Translations under genes and position numbers: made by a program
IMG/VR virus record: IMGVR_UViG_3300028833_003520
Source: a virus
Lineage: Duplodnaviria; Caudoviricetes
Strand: one strand, 5' to 3'
DNA: 64,000 nucleotides
Shown: piece after piece, positions 29,801 through 39,875 of the stretch
Numbering within the stretch: the first letter of the stretch is position 1
How the letters are laid out: each line of letters starts with the position of its first letter
The notes under the pieces: generated by a model
Seen by the model: the letters and a program-made list of their open reading frames with translations, nothing else
Told to the model about the DNA's origin: nothing
Databases searched by the model: none

Positions 29801-32800
29801 ACACCTCTGTGTAAGCATCCAGTTATGCATTGGGCAGATTACGTTCCGTTTGACCGTCGCCAGATGGTCTTCAACAACGCAATTAAGGCTCAGTGCATTA
29901 CAGGAAAGGTAAAGACTGCACAGATGACCTTTGGTGGTTGGAACTTTGACGATGGTTTCATCGTTACAAAGCAGTTTGCCGAGACATATAAGGTGCGTAA
30001 TAAAGATGACGTTCTTCGAGATATCGTTGTCGGAGATAAGATTCTCGATAAGAACGGTAACAAGGGTGTTATCTCACTTGTTATCGACCCTGATATGTCT
30101 ATGGAAGAAGCCCGTGAGCAGGGACTTGAAAATGTTCTTGCGATGGTAAAGGCAAACCCTGATATTCAGGTTTATGGTGCTCCATATCCTGCAGTATCTC
30201 GTTTTAACGGTGGTACAGCAAGAGAACTTATGGAGAATCCCTCAGATTTGCATATGCCAGACGGTACTATCAAAGAAGGATGTGTCGGCGAAGCCGAATT
30301 CATCGTTACACATATGGCTGTTGACAAGAAGTCACAGATTTATGACGACCAAGCCTTCGAAGAAGGTAAGGGTAGTAGAGCCTCTGCACAACTTGCTTGG
30401 GCATTGAATGCGAGAGGTGCGGAAGCAATGATGAGAGAGTTCTATTCTGATAATGATAGAGCCTTCACGACAATGCGTGAGTATTTCATCACTTGCGGCT
30501 ATGACTTATCCGAGACAGGTCAGATTATGCGTGGTTATACACCACACCCTGGCGAGGTAAGGAATGTCTTTGCTATGGAAGAAATCGAGAATATGCCGAA
30601 AGAGGGTTTAACTCAGTCGGCTATTCGTTCCAAGGTCTTCGATATGACAAGACAGATTCGTCATTCGGGTGGTTTTATGGAACTTCCGTTCCCGTTGACT
30701 TTCCCGAACGGTACTACTATTCCTCAAGTTCAGATTGAACACGATGTGATAACTGAAGCCGACAAGACTGACGTAAATTACACGAAGGATAGTTGGACAG
30801 TTAACCGTAATGGCAAGGAAATCACATATCATCGTAATCGGGAACTTTTGGATAACGGTGGCTCCAAGTTGGTTGATAGGAAGATTTCTGATGCAAAGAA
30901 GCCTATTTATGCATTGCCTGTAATGAGTTCTCATTTGAGAGTTGACCAGCCTTATCAGGATGGTACAACGATGCTTAACGATTGTACTGAATTCTATCAG
31001 TACATTTACAGAGCAGGTTTGACATATCTTGAAGCAGAGCGTAAAGGTGACAAAGCAGCAATGACAAAGGCTCGTAATGATGCTCAGCGTTTCTTTGATA
31101 GAATCACAGGTGATATTGTCGAGAATAGATTTGAAGACAATAAGCATAACTATTTCAAAGAAGGTTTGATGAGCAACAGAATGCCGAAGTCTTCTAACCC
31201 TGTTTGGACTGCTGACCCTCGACTTGATATTGAGGAAGTCGGTGTTTCGCCAGAAATGGCAGAAAGACTCGAACTTGAAGAGGGTGAAACAGTCTTAACA
31301 TTCCGTAACCCTGTTCTGCGTCCTGAAGGTGTTAGTGCAAAGAAAGTCAAAATCCTTAAGGGTATTGTAGGTATTGCAATTAACCCTGTAATGGATAAGG
31401 GTTATGATGGTGACTTCGATGGTGATACAGTACCTTTGAAGAAATTGCTCACACCTGAAGCAAAGGAAGAGGCTGAAAGACTTTACTCTGTAAAGGCAAC
31501 ACTTTTGGACTATGGTTCAAAAGACGAGGATGGCAACTATGGTCTCTTAATGAATCACGGTCTTGATTTGAAGACTGCTGAATATAATCGTCCTGAACTC
31601 AAAGACCAGTACGATGAGATTACGAAGCGTGTTAATGGATTTGAGAAGGATTATGCAAGCGGAAAACTTTCTTATGAGGAAGTTGATAAGATGCGTGAGC
31701 AGGCTGTTAAGGATTTGAACGATTATGTTCATAAGTGCTTTGAAGGCGGTGTTGGTGAAGCCATTATCAGTTACAAGGATATTTCGTCACACGTTGCTTC
31801 GTGTGAGGAGATTGTTAAATCGGGAGCAAAGGGAAGTTACAGTAAACTTGATGACTATTGTAACTATCTTGGAGCGTCCTACGAATATAATGTGGATGAG
31901 AATGGCGAGAAGACCTCTATTAACCTCGATACTGTTGAAGATTTGGAGACACCTTTTGGTGGCGATAAGGAATCTGCAAGACAGGCATCTATGGCTACGC
32001 AGTATGCAACATCTGTTAAGACGATGGTTGGTGTCGCAGGTAAATCTTCACAGCGTGGTATGAAAGCACTCCGTAACGCTTGCCCTCAAGCCGTTTTGGA
32101 GATGACATACCCTGTTACGCAGGGACTTCTGCAGGCAAAACACGACCCTGTTGACGCAAGGCAGAAGTACGCTACGGTTATGGACTCTGTAAGGTCGCTC
32201 TGGAAGGGTTATAAACTGAATTTAGTTCAGGTTGATATGCTTGACGAAAATGGTCATAAACTCTATGACGAAAACGGTGATACCCGTAAGACAGAGATTT
32301 ATGTCAAGGAGTATGACGATAATCATCAGCCTGTAAGAGCAACAAAAGAAGAGTTTATGGAACAGATGAAAGCCATTTATAGCCGTAAGGATATGCTTAA
32401 TGTTGCTATAAACGATGACTACGTTAAAGAGGTTGCTGATAATCTCGTTGGTTCTGATGGACTTATGAGGAGTGTCGAAGACCCCGATGTAGGAAGTCCT
32501 ATGGACAGACTTGCATATAAGAACGCAGATGTTCGTGCTATCGACCTTCTTGACGATATGGCAAAGAAGGGTGAGAGTATCTTTGATGGTAAGTACAATC
32601 TCGGATTTGCTCCGAGAGCAGTAATGCGTAACATCAATAGAGAGTATCACAATATCAATGCTCGACCTGGCGAGCAGATTAGGGAACTTGATATTATTGC
32701 AAAGAAGGACACTCTGGATAAGAAGGGTACTTCGAAGCCTGTTTATAATCAGGAAGATGTAGAGTTCCGTAAGTCAAAAATCGCCGAATTCGTGGCAGCG

Positions 32801-33298
32801 AAGAGGAAGGTCAGAGAGTTGAACCTCGCATCTAACGGTAAGTATGTCATTTCTGTTGTTCCGACAGAGGACGGTATTGAATCTGAAGATGGTATGAGAG
32901 GCTCTGAAGGTGTTAAAACGGTGAAGGATGTCAATTCTTTTATCGGTAAACACGCAAGGGACGGTGCCGTTACTTTCGAAGATGAGGGAACGACTTTCGC
33001 ATTTACACCAACGAATATCCGTTTGGTTGAGAAAGACGAACCTTATGAGACGAGGGATGGCAAACAAGCCGTTACACCTGCTAATTCTGTAGTAGTTACC
33101 TATGGTAACCCCGACTCTGATTACAGTTACGAGTATCGTTTTACTGTAAAAACAAGAGACGGACAGATTGTAAAGCCGAATATGGCACAGGTAAAGATGG
33201 CGATGAATTCGGAAGATACTCCTCCTGTCAACGGTAGGCGAACAATTGAGACTCCTGACGAGACTCCTAATAAGGATGTTGAGGGTAAAATTCCTTGA
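26888..33298 (+). CDS. single-chain two-barrel DNA-dependent RNA polymerase (fused beta/beta'-like; NCgl1702/YonO-like mobile-element type)
   Basis: beta-like GMNQGVTRYL, GGWNFDDGFIV, GDKILDKNGNKGVIS; beta'-like FRNPVL, catalytic DGDFDGD (nt 31406-31426), KSGAKGS. Confidence 0.9.
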   Translation: MAYSVAYKDWLFNCGNRSEYIIYRAIEEFSRQREERGDRPVSLSEGVALRQQILKNLESNPEINSYVSDAYDIGLKSLSNRIQMNPILMSIQAEGSFAKIFGGKSYENVSKEQLDSIIVTQENKAKDRRESFIESINEVLPGIELNEEKFNNLITTYTNAVVSVRNNGSYSYEPAVPLSPYCPAFTTRSFTYKNPALSLMKKSDKQTADGNYADFVRIYHPTRDDIEDQYDDFIRFYKAEYATFGENTKGRGDSAKTNIIKTDVPTFYTNEDDFYLNGLRKYLTEEDAAKVIKHCNRFVDRTGTPYKRANMKKSMELLQRIAEAGYDYTIVPKAGGQVDCRVSVLGSNYDISMIPQPNQSFAYNFGRVFCRESGVSYNLNTQNKSPEKGYKYEPYEASVTDAMNLLKFAMGEPVTVDTKNNVPLGKHRLISFNTPKGTVYRNNAYYNKGNEQIKNFTAYYGRSSDGVNVFLKANTSEVTPKTARFGRKGVSKEEDAELHLKEWIESARQTYTDEMDLENLIREARDHQNDPDYEFRFSGVPEIYAMQKNYWNVLTGKEHALAKVGQDDDEFDEVGVERAYYEGSPEDKVRQHFADSIHHDIGTFEPDANGKRYSIYGLTNYAVTDFNSTRFRLSVVAATNLLGFKPDELQDTDAQGDSVKNMLIRYDEKTAQPIFHHESKFVRNMGSVIKDTLQQSGIVIEDDDITIDDNGIVQYKGKKVINGEFRRDPKAKRYGTVSIEDGLDKPEEVVGHIGQIFAPEGKYNTVTTKFAGTKNYMFVPGYTAKILPQKDGENLPYEARTRLLGYEQLMSQRIRSQLRSDLFMTIDNYDGAALGMNTSLNKVYTNLYDVRHPVDYIERSREEGMDDSFLEAVLATEARRVRYDSVYKEQATLNAYYQAYTHKSTLIDDRNVNPLTLTGFRNMAIMTEEGDGYFDPDATSTGMNQGVTRYLVESAEVLPDGSIKRGDLDDKTPLCKHPVMHWADYVPFDRRQMVFNNAIKAQCITGKVKTAQMTFGGWNFDDGFIVTKQFAETYKVRNKDDVLRDIVVGDKILDKNGNKGVISLVIDPDMSMEEAREQGLENVLAMVKANPDIQVYGAPYPAVSRFNGGTARELMENPSDLHMPDGTIKEGCVGEAEFIVTHMAVDKKSQIYDDQAFEEGKGSRASAQLAWALNARGAEAMMREFYSDNDRAFTTMREYFITCGYDLSETGQIMRGYTPHPGEVRNVFAMEEIENMPKEGLTQSAIRSKVFDMTRQIRHSGGFMELPFPLTFPNGTTIPQVQIEHDVITEADKTDVNYTKDSWTVNRNGKEITYHRNRELLDNGGSKLVDRKISDAKKPIYALPVMSSHLRVDQPYQDGTTMLNDCTEFYQYIYRAGLTYLEAERKGDKAAMTKARNDAQRFFDRITGDIVENRFEDNKHNYFKEGLMSNRMPKSSNPVWTADPRLDIEEVGVSPEMAERLELEEGETVLTFRNPVLRPEGVSAKKVKILKGIVGIAINPVMDKGYDGDFDGDTVPLKKLLTPEAKEEAERLYSVKATLLDYGSKDEDGNYGLLMNHGLDLKTAEYNRPELKDQYDEITKRVNGFEKDYASGKLSYEEVDKMREQAVKDLNDYVHKCFEGGVGEAIISYKDISSHVASCEEIVKSGAKGSYSKLDDYCNYLGASYEYNVDENGEKTSINLDTVEDLETPFGGDKESARQASMATQYATSVKTMVGVAGKSSQRGMKALRNACPQAVLEMTYPVTQGLLQAKHDPVDARQKYATVMDSVRSLWKGYKLNLVQVDMLDENGHKLYDENGDTRKTEIYVKEYDDNHQPVRATKEEFMEQMKAIYSRKDMLNVAINDDYVKEVADNLVGSDGLMRSVEDPDVGSPMDRLAYKNADVRAIDLLDDMAKKGESIFDGKYNLGFAPRAVMRNINREYHNINARPGEQIRELDIIAKKDTLDKKGTSKPVYNQEDVEFRKSKIAEFVAAKRKVRELNLASNGKYVISVVPTEDGIESEDGMRGSEGVKTVKDVNSFIGKHARDGAVTFEDEGTTFAFTPTNIRLVEKDEPYETRDGKQAVTPANSVVVTYGNPDSDYSYEYRFTVKTRDGQIVKPNMAQVKMAMNSEDTPPVNGRRTIETPDETPNKDVEGKIP

Positions 33299-33405
33299 CA
33301 TATGAGGAAATTCGTGATAGTTTTTAACTATCCGAGAATAAGAAAGTCACACTAAATCGGAATCTTTATTCTTCGGAAAAAGGTTCCGATTTTTCTTGTT
33401 ATCTG

Positions 33406-33434
33406 TTGACTTTCTCCATATATGGTGTTATATT
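33406..33434 (+). promoter_or_regulatory. CCATATATGG promoter (copy 3)
   Basis: TTGACT-ttctCCATATATGGtgt-TATATT. Confidence 0.85.
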
Positions 33435-33484
33435 GACTTTAGTTAATATAGAGCAATACTGTTTGCTTGAAAGGAGATACAGTA

Positions 33485-34501
33485 ATGGCAAATTATCCTG
33501 ATGGTATGTCCAGAGAAGAGTATGAGAAGGCTATGGCTGAAATAATGGCAGAACAAGGCGATACTGCTCCTACTCAGGACGAGATAGATGGTATGGCAGA
33601 GCAACATCACGTCGATTCGATAATGCGTGCTCCTGCAGATTTCGATACAACAAACGATAAAGAGAATTTTGAGCGACTCATTTATGATGTCGGTGTTCAT
33701 TATGATAGTATCAAGTTTGGTGAGTTCGAGAGATGGAATTCAAACGAAACTCAAGACTCTGTAAACGAAGTTCTTGCAAATCGTCTTGTTAATTTCTCTA
33801 AATCTTGGGACCTTTATGGTCACAGAGATGCTTATGATACAGACGAAGAAGCATTTGAGGATATGCGTAAATCCGTTGAGGATTTAGACCAGTTAAAGAA
33901 TATTCACGAGAACCTCTGTGAAGATTTCGAGAATGCTTTTGATACTCCGTCGAAGTGGGTAGATATGATTAAGAGGTCAGATGACCTTTATAATAAACAA
34001 TATGGCGAGATGCCGAAGGAGACAACTATGGTGAATAATGATTACCCTTTAGATAAAAACGGTCAGTTTACTTTCGACTTTACGAAGGAAGTAGCAGAGA
34101 AGTCTGCACCCGAACCGCAGAAAAGTCTTGATGGCAAGACTGCACATAAGATTACTGAAGCGGAAGCAAGGGAGCGTATTGCCCAAGGAGAGTTTTCAAC
34201 TGATGTTGAGCCTTTTATGAGCGACGAAGAGAAGAGCAATGCACTTCTCAGGGAGCAGGAAGAGGCAGAAGACCGTGCTTGGGAAAGACAGCAGGAAGAA
34301 CAGATGAAGAAGGGTAATCAGGATGCTACTGTTAAGCCCACGAACGATTTTAAGCCGTTCAAACCGAGGAGACTTCCTAACGGTGTCACTCAGTACAATG
34401 GTTTCCAAGAGAATGAGAAGGGTGAACTTGTTGATGACGGATTCAGTTTCGAAGAGTATGACAAGGAACCCGAAGACGAGAACGGCGGTCTTGGTGAGTA
34501 A
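33485..34501 (+). CDS. acidic hypothetical protein with RRLP...LGE tail
   Basis: AAAGGAG RBS; KPRRLPNGV...ENGGLGE. Confidence 0.75.
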   Translation: MANYPDGMSREEYEKAMAEIMAEQGDTAPTQDEIDGMAEQHHVDSIMRAPADFDTTNDKENFERLIYDVGVHYDSIKFGEFERWNSNETQDSVNEVLANRLVNFSKSWDLYGHRDAYDTDEEAFEDMRKSVEDLDQLKNIHENLCEDFENAFDTPSKWVDMIKRSDDLYNKQYGEMPKETTMVNNDYPLDKNGQFTFDFTKEVAEKSAPEPQKSLDGKTAHKITEAEARERIAQGEFSTDVEPFMSDEEKSNALLREQEEAEDRAWERQQEEQMKKGNQDATVKPTNDFKPFKPRRLPNGVTQYNGFQENEKGELVDDGFSFEEYDKEPEDENGGLGE

Positions 34502-34531
34502 TTAGTAAATAACGGAAGAGGGACAATAGTT

Positions 34532-36790
34532 ATGGCAGAAACTATTTTTCACGATAATCAGAAACAAGGTGCAAGTGTTCTTGGAACTGTTAAGAACGGT
34601 TACAAGCATAAGTTAACTGCTGAACAGCAGCAAGCACTTGCCGAGATGGTTAAGAAGAAGTCTGACTTACAGATGGATTATATTGATTTTCCTGCAAAAC
34701 ACGCTAAATGGGCAAGTTATGCAGATACACAGGCACAGGTTGATAAGCAGAATCGTATGTATTATGTGGCTTTGCTTGGTATCTGTGCAGTTCCTTTAAG
34801 GCACGGTGTAGATGCTCATTCGATTGCTACTTGTCTTGGTATGTATGCAGGTATTTGTATGGTTAGCCCTGGATTCAGAAAGAACATCAAGGGTATCGTT
34901 GGAGAAGTAATGCTTCCGTATTACGACCAGATACACGATATGTTCCCGAATTCTAAGTTTGCAAAACTGGTTGACAAGGTATTACCCGACAAGAATCAGT
35001 TGCTTATCGAAAAGAATTATGGAAGACTTCCGTTAACACCTGAAACTGCGGCTATGCAGAAGTTAGGGTGGATAGAGAAGGCTTACAAAGATATGCGTGA
35101 GCCTGGTGCCGATGAGGAAACTGTTATGCGTCAGTATAACGATGCTTGCAGAGCGTTAGATGACCTCTGTGAGCGTGATGGTGTTTCCAAAGAGGAAATG
35201 TCACAGAAAATGCAAGCATTTATGATGATGCGTATTCAGGAAAACCCTCAGAATGAGAGGTTTTATGCTGAATTAGATAATGGTTCTGTTACTTTGAGTA
35301 CACAGGACGTTGTTGAGGAAAACCCTGATGGTTTTGTTAGTGTTACTCGTCGTGCTATGCCGACAGAAGTTGATGGTAAGCGTGCTTATTGTTTCTATAA
35401 AGGCAAGAATACTTCTTATGATGGTGATTTTTCACCGAGAAGACCTTCTGCGGCAGAATCTCATAGCCAGAAGATGGGTGAGATTTGTCAGGACTATTGC
35501 CGTACAGTTAAGGATTACAGGGACTTGGGATATGAGTTGCAGTTAAACAATATTCAGTTCAGATTTAGAGATAATGTTGAGTTCTCGAAGTTCTGTGATG
35601 ATTTGGAGTCAGGTATTGGCGAGAACGAAGATTTTTATCGGAATAAATTTGGTATGTCCAAAGACGATTACTTGGCTGGATGCTATGACCTTGTATGTAA
35701 TGATATTACAAGTGCATCAATGGCAAGTTGGATTTTGCAGAAAGATAAGCAGTTGTCTGACCTTGTATCAAGCGAGAAATTAGATGCTTACGATAAGATG
35801 AATGTAAGTACAGAAATTCAGAAGAATTATCAGGGTATGGATATGCTTGTTAGCAAAATCAGAGAGCACGAAGCAAATAAGGCACAACTTGGCATATATG
35901 GTGCATATGCTACTCCGCTTATAGCGTCTGATGATGAGAAGAGAATATTCAATTTCGAAGAAGATACTTCTCTTAACGACGAAGAGCGTCTTATGATGCG
36001 TAATAAGGCTAATAGACAGTATCTCAAGGCTTATTCAGACGCAGTTACGAAGAGATGGCAGTACACGGCTGAGGGTGAGTATGGTAATCTTATTCACTTT
36101 GATTTTGCAACATCTGCAACTAAAGAAGAGCCGACGGCTTCTGTTCAGTTTAGTGGCAGAAACTTCTCTGATGAGAATGATGATGTATCGCCTGATTTGA
36201 ATGTTACACCTATAGATACAGCAAGCGGTGAGAAAGTTGTTCCGAAGTTTACTGAAGAAACATCTATCGAGTTTAATGATAGAGTGCTTGGTCATTTCAC
36301 TTATAGTCCGAAGGAATTTGAGTTGAAGAGCGACAAGCAAGGTCAGTATCTTTACTATATTGGTAGAGCAACTGAAGGCAGAAACATCGAGATACCGCAA
36401 GGTATTAAGTCTTGCCGTTGTATGTTTAAGGATAGACAAGATGTTGTTTCTGCACCTGAAATACCGAATGGTGTTGAGGATTGTAGTGAGATGTTTAGCC
36501 GTTCAGGAATTGAGACACCTCCGAAGATTCCTGGTACTGTTCATAATTGTCAGTATATGTTCTCTGAATGTACGAGCCTTACAAAAGTTCCTGCCGTTCC
36601 TTCATCTGTTACACAGACGAACGGTATGTTTAGTGCTTGTAAAACAAGTATTCAGAAACAGGGTGAAGATGTTATTAGGTATAGAAATAAGGAGTATGAT
36701 ATAGTTCTCGATTTGATGACTCATCAGAAGAACAATCAGAACGATATGGCAGACGATTTTGCGTCAATGTACGGTAGTTTTATCAATTAA
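34532..36790 (+). CDS. protein with hydrophobic N-terminal segments and C-terminal BspA/DUF285-like leucine-rich repeats
   Basis: Repeats IPQGIKSCRCMF, IPNGVEDCSEMF, IPGTVHNCQYMFSECTSL, VPSSVTQTNGMF. Confidence 0.7.
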   Translation: MAETIFHDNQKQGASVLGTVKNGYKHKLTAEQQQALAEMVKKKSDLQMDYIDFPAKHAKWASYADTQAQVDKQNRMYYVALLGICAVPLRHGVDAHSIATCLGMYAGICMVSPGFRKNIKGIVGEVMLPYYDQIHDMFPNSKFAKLVDKVLPDKNQLLIEKNYGRLPLTPETAAMQKLGWIEKAYKDMREPGADEETVMRQYNDACRALDDLCERDGVSKEEMSQKMQAFMMMRIQENPQNERFYAELDNGSVTLSTQDVVEENPDGFVSVTRRAMPTEVDGKRAYCFYKGKNTSYDGDFSPRRPSAAESHSQKMGEICQDYCRTVKDYRDLGYELQLNNIQFRFRDNVEFSKFCDDLESGIGENEDFYRNKFGMSKDDYLAGCYDLVCNDITSASMASWILQKDKQLSDLVSSEKLDAYDKMNVSTEIQKNYQGMDMLVSKIREHEANKAQLGIYGAYATPLIASDDEKRIFNFEEDTSLNDEERLMMRNKANRQYLKAYSDAVTKRWQYTAEGEYGNLIHFDFATSATKEEPTASVQFSGRNFSDENDDVSPDLNVTPIDTASGEKVVPKFTEETSIEFNDRVLGHFTYSPKEFELKSDKQGQYLYYIGRATEGRNIEIPQGIKSCRCMFKDRQDVVSAPEIPNGVEDCSEMFSRSGIETPPKIPGTVHNCQYMFSECTSLTKVPAVPSSVTQTNGMFSACKTSIQKQGEDVIRYRNKEYDIVLDLMTHQKNNQNDMADDFASMYGSFIN

Positions 36791-36803
36791 GGATGTGATG
36801 TAA

Positions 36804-37352
36804 ATGTCGAAGAAGGATTTAAGGCGAAAGTTACCACAGACTACGGGGGATGGAACTGACAATTCTAATTGGCAGGACGATTCACACGAGCAGATTTCGC
36901 TTGCAATGGGTAGTGAAGAATATAAGGAGTTCTTACACGATAATCAAATGCAGTCAAAGACTGATTTCGACGAGGTACGTCGTTTTGAGATTGCTAAAAC
37001 TCAAAAAGACAGAGTGCGTGATAAGCACAATAAGGCTACAGACCACGACGAACACGAGCGTGAGCGTACATATAACGAGGCACACGCCAAAGTTATGCGT
37101 GAAGTCGGTACTGATAAGCAGAAGAAGATGAAGACAAAGTTGAATCAGCGTCAAGCGTATGCTCATATCAAGAAGGAAGACCAGGATAGTAAAGCCGTCT
37201 CGACTGCAAGGAAAGAGGCTGAAAAGACGGAAAGTCCTGAAGATGATAAGCAAGTAAGACGCAATATGCCGAAGACTTTGGAAACACTTAAATACAATGA
37301 CGGAGTGACTGAAGATGATTATCTTCCTAAGGCACTCAGGAAATATACATAA
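36804..37352 (+). CDS. charged hypothetical protein
   Basis: In operon; LRRKLP near N-terminus and VRRNMPKTL near C-terminus. Confidence 0.7.
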   Translation: MSKKDLRRKLPQTTGDGTDNSNWQDDSHEQISLAMGSEEYKEFLHDNQMQSKTDFDEVRRFEIAKTQKDRVRDKHNKATDHDEHERERTYNEAHAKVMREVGTDKQKKMKTKLNQRQAYAHIKKEDQDSKAVSTARKEAEKTESPEDDKQVRRNMPKTLETLKYNDGVTEDDYLPKALRKYT

Positions 37353-37366
37353 AGGAGAGTCATATT

Positions 37367-39346
37367 ATGGCGACAAGAGACCAGTTGGGAACCGATGCAA
37401 TTCTTACAGATGCTCAGAAGCAGTATAACAAAGAGCATCGTATGGATAATGCGAAGAAATCGGCAAATGCTGTAAAGGAGAAGATGAACGCTATTGCAGA
37501 AAGGGAATCAGAGCGTTATAACGCTCACCCTGTACTTCATCCTATGAGAAATATGCTCATTATGAAGGGTGTTCAGTATGGTGCTTCTGCAGCGATTTCT
37601 GCGGCGGCAGTTACGGCTCCTGTTGTATATGTGAATCATCGAATGAACAAGAACTTCAAACAGGAGTTCAATGGAATGGGTATGATGAAGTATGCAAAGG
37701 AATATAAGAAAGGCTATAAGAAGGCTGTTAAGGCTGGAAATATGGCTTTTGAAACCGATAAGGACTTTGGACTTACCGAAATGAAATTCGGTGAATATAC
37801 AGGTATTAAGTTACAGAAGGATTCGGAGAACTGGCGTACAACTGTCCTTTCTTGGTTTGACGCAGATGATGAGGCTCAGCGTCTTAATGACCGTGATAAC
37901 GATATAAGACGGCACGAGGCACATATGGCATTCGAGCGTGAAAAAGCCGAAGAAGAGATGCGTAAGCGTAAAGAGGAAATGCGTAAGATGGCAATTCCTA
38001 TGATGGCTTCTGAATTCTTTAGAAATCCTATGATTATTAGGCATTTGGCAGGTCTTAATTCAACTGCGGCACCTAATATGGCAGGATATGAGAATGATTT
38101 CTTCAATAATGCCGCACCGTTTACTAAGGCAGAAGCAATGCCACAGGAAAATACAGCGAAGCCACAGTCTGCTCCTGCAATGAAGGATGTTACTCCTAAT
38201 CAAGCAGATACGGCAGAGCCGATTGTTTATGGTAACGCTCCTGAAGCCAAGCCTCTGCTTGGTGCAGGTAATCAAGTAGTATCTCCGTTACCTGAATTCT
38301 GTGATGATTATCAGGTCGTGCAGATGTCTCCGCAGGTTTTGGAAGCATATACTTCTATGCAAGGCGAGTTTGCTCAAAACTCACCGCTTTATGCTCAGGC
38401 TGCATTGAGACAGCGTACAGACTGGTACGGTCTTCCCGATGGCACATTGGTTGAAGACCTTCAGACATTACAGAGTGCAATGTATTTGCAGTATATGATG
38501 GCAAATATGGCAGACGGTTCTATCACTACTATGAATGATATGGAGTGGTATCAGAACCGTTTCACAGACCATTGGACTGAGTTTGAGCAGACAGCGTTAA
38601 TGCCGAAGTATGGTGATAGGATTAAGGCATTCTATGAATCCAAGAATAAGACACCTTCAAAGGCAGAGCAGATTATGATTGATTCAAACGAGCACAAGTA
38701 TCAGGCTATTGAGCGTGGTACAGAGCCGAAGATTGCTATTGAATCTGCTCGTAAAGAGTCTTCAGTAGGTTTAGGCAGATATGCCGCAAAGACTATAGCA
38801 GATGTATTTGCAGAAGCGGCAGCAAGACATCAGTTCGAAGAGAAGGGAACTATTCCTGTTGCTATCGAACAGAAAGGCGAGGCTATCGCATTGCCTGACA
38901 ATTCTATGAAAGAGAATGATATGCCAGTAGTCGCTGTAAATAGTCTTCCTGAAAAGACGAATGATATGCCAGTAGTCGCTGTAAATAGTCTTCCTGAGAA
39001 GACGAATGAGATGCCTGTAGTGTCTGTGAATGCTCTTCCTGATAAGTCAGGTGGTATGCCTGTAGTTATCAGACCGAACGAAGCGACGGTTGAAGATAAG
39101 GATAAATCGGTAGTGGCTGAAGCAGGTGAGGATGAAGTCAAGGATGATAAGATTGGAACAACGAATGTTGGTTCAGAGAAGAAGAAAGAACATCGTAAAG
39201 TTCCTGCAGGCATAGCGGCTATAGCAAGTGAAGCAAGGAACTTGGATAAGGCATCTAACTATGTTGATGCTGTTCGTAACAGAGATGAAATGAAAGATGT
39301 TCCTGCAGTAAATGAAGCAATAAAAGATAGTGGAATGCAAATGTAA
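37367..39346 (+). CDS. hypothetical protein with internal 15-aa repeats
   Basis: AAAGGAG RBS; NDMPVVAVNSLPEKT repeats; tail HRKVP...SGMQM. Confidence 0.75.
   Translation: MATRDQLGTDAILTDAQKQYNKEHRMDNAKKSANAVKEKMNAIAERESERYNAHPVLHPMRNMLIMKGVQYGASAAISAAAVTAPVVYVNHRMNKNFKQEFNGMGMMKYAKEYKKGYKKAVKAGNMAFETDKDFGLTEMKFGEYTGIKLQKDSENWRTTVLSWFDADDEAQRLNDRDNDIRRHEAHMAFEREKAEEEMRKRKEEMRKMAIPMMASEFFRNPMIIRHLAGLNSTAAPNMAGYENDFFNNAAPFTKAEAMPQENTAKPQSAPAMKDVTPNQADTAEPIVYGNAPEAKPLLGAGNQVVSPLPEFCDDYQVVQMSPQVLEAYTSMQGEFAQNSPLYAQAALRQRTDWYGLPDGTLVEDLQTLQSAMYLQYMMANMADGSITTMNDMEWYQNRFTDHWTEFEQTALMPKYGDRIKAFYESKNKTPSKAEQIMIDSNEHKYQAIERGTEPKIAIESARKESSVGLGRYAAKTIADVFAEAAARHQFEEKGTIPVAIEQKGEAIALPDNSMKENDMPVVAVNSLPEKTNDMPVVAVNSLPEKTNEMPVVSVNALPDKSGGMPVVIRPNEATVEDKDKSVVAEAGEDEVKDDKIGTTNVGSEKKKEHRKVPAGIAAIASEARNLDKASNYVDAVRNRDEMKDVPAVNEAIKDSGMQM
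38914..39066 (+). repeat. 45-bp in-frame tandem repeat (~3.3 copies)
   Basis: gaatgatatgccagtagtcgctgtaaatagtcttcctgaaaagac twice, then degenerate copies. Confidence 0.85.
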
Positions 39347-39545
39347 CCTCGTTGGTCAGTTTTTACAAAATAAAAATCCGTATTCTGTATAGCAGGTACG
39401 GATTTTTATTTGGAGTTTGACTTTCATTTTATATTAGTATATACTTGTTTATGAGCAGATTTTGCATTTATCTAATCATATCCACCACACGATTATCCAG
39501 GGGTTTTACAGGGGAATATGTAGAACAAAGGAGAAGACAAAGGAT

Positions 39546-39875
39546 ATGGCAAACAAGAAGAAGGTTAACCCTAAAAAGCCTTCCACAAAGGTAACGAACG
39601 GGAAAGTAACTCGTAAGATGCTCCTCAAAGAAATGGCTCGTCGAAGTGGAGCAGACAGCGAGACGACAATGGCGGTTTTCACATCAATGATAGATGTCAT
39701 TGTTGAAAATGTACGGGACGGTTCGACTGTAAGTATTACAGGATTAGGAAATTTCTATCTTCAGAAGCACAAGGGACATCCTGTGCAGTTTGAGTCCAGT
39801 ACAAACCACGTTGAGGACTATAATGTACTTAAGTTCTCGGCTTCGGATGCTTTGAATAAGAGATTAAGAGAGTAA
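39546..39875 (+). CDS. HU/IHF-like DNA-binding protein
   Basis: VSITGLGNFYL...VLKFSASDALNKRL; basic N-terminal extension. Confidence 0.8.
   Translation: MANKKKVNPKKPSTKVTNGKVTRKMLLKEMARRSGADSETTMAVFTSMIDVIVENVRDGSTVSITGLGNFYLQKHKGHPVQFESSTNHVEDYNVLKFSASDALNKRLRE

Noticed and set aside
26888-33298. Host rpoB/rpoC
   Set aside because: A single short fused chain with very divergent motifs, no ribosomal-protein context, and mobile-element neighbours.
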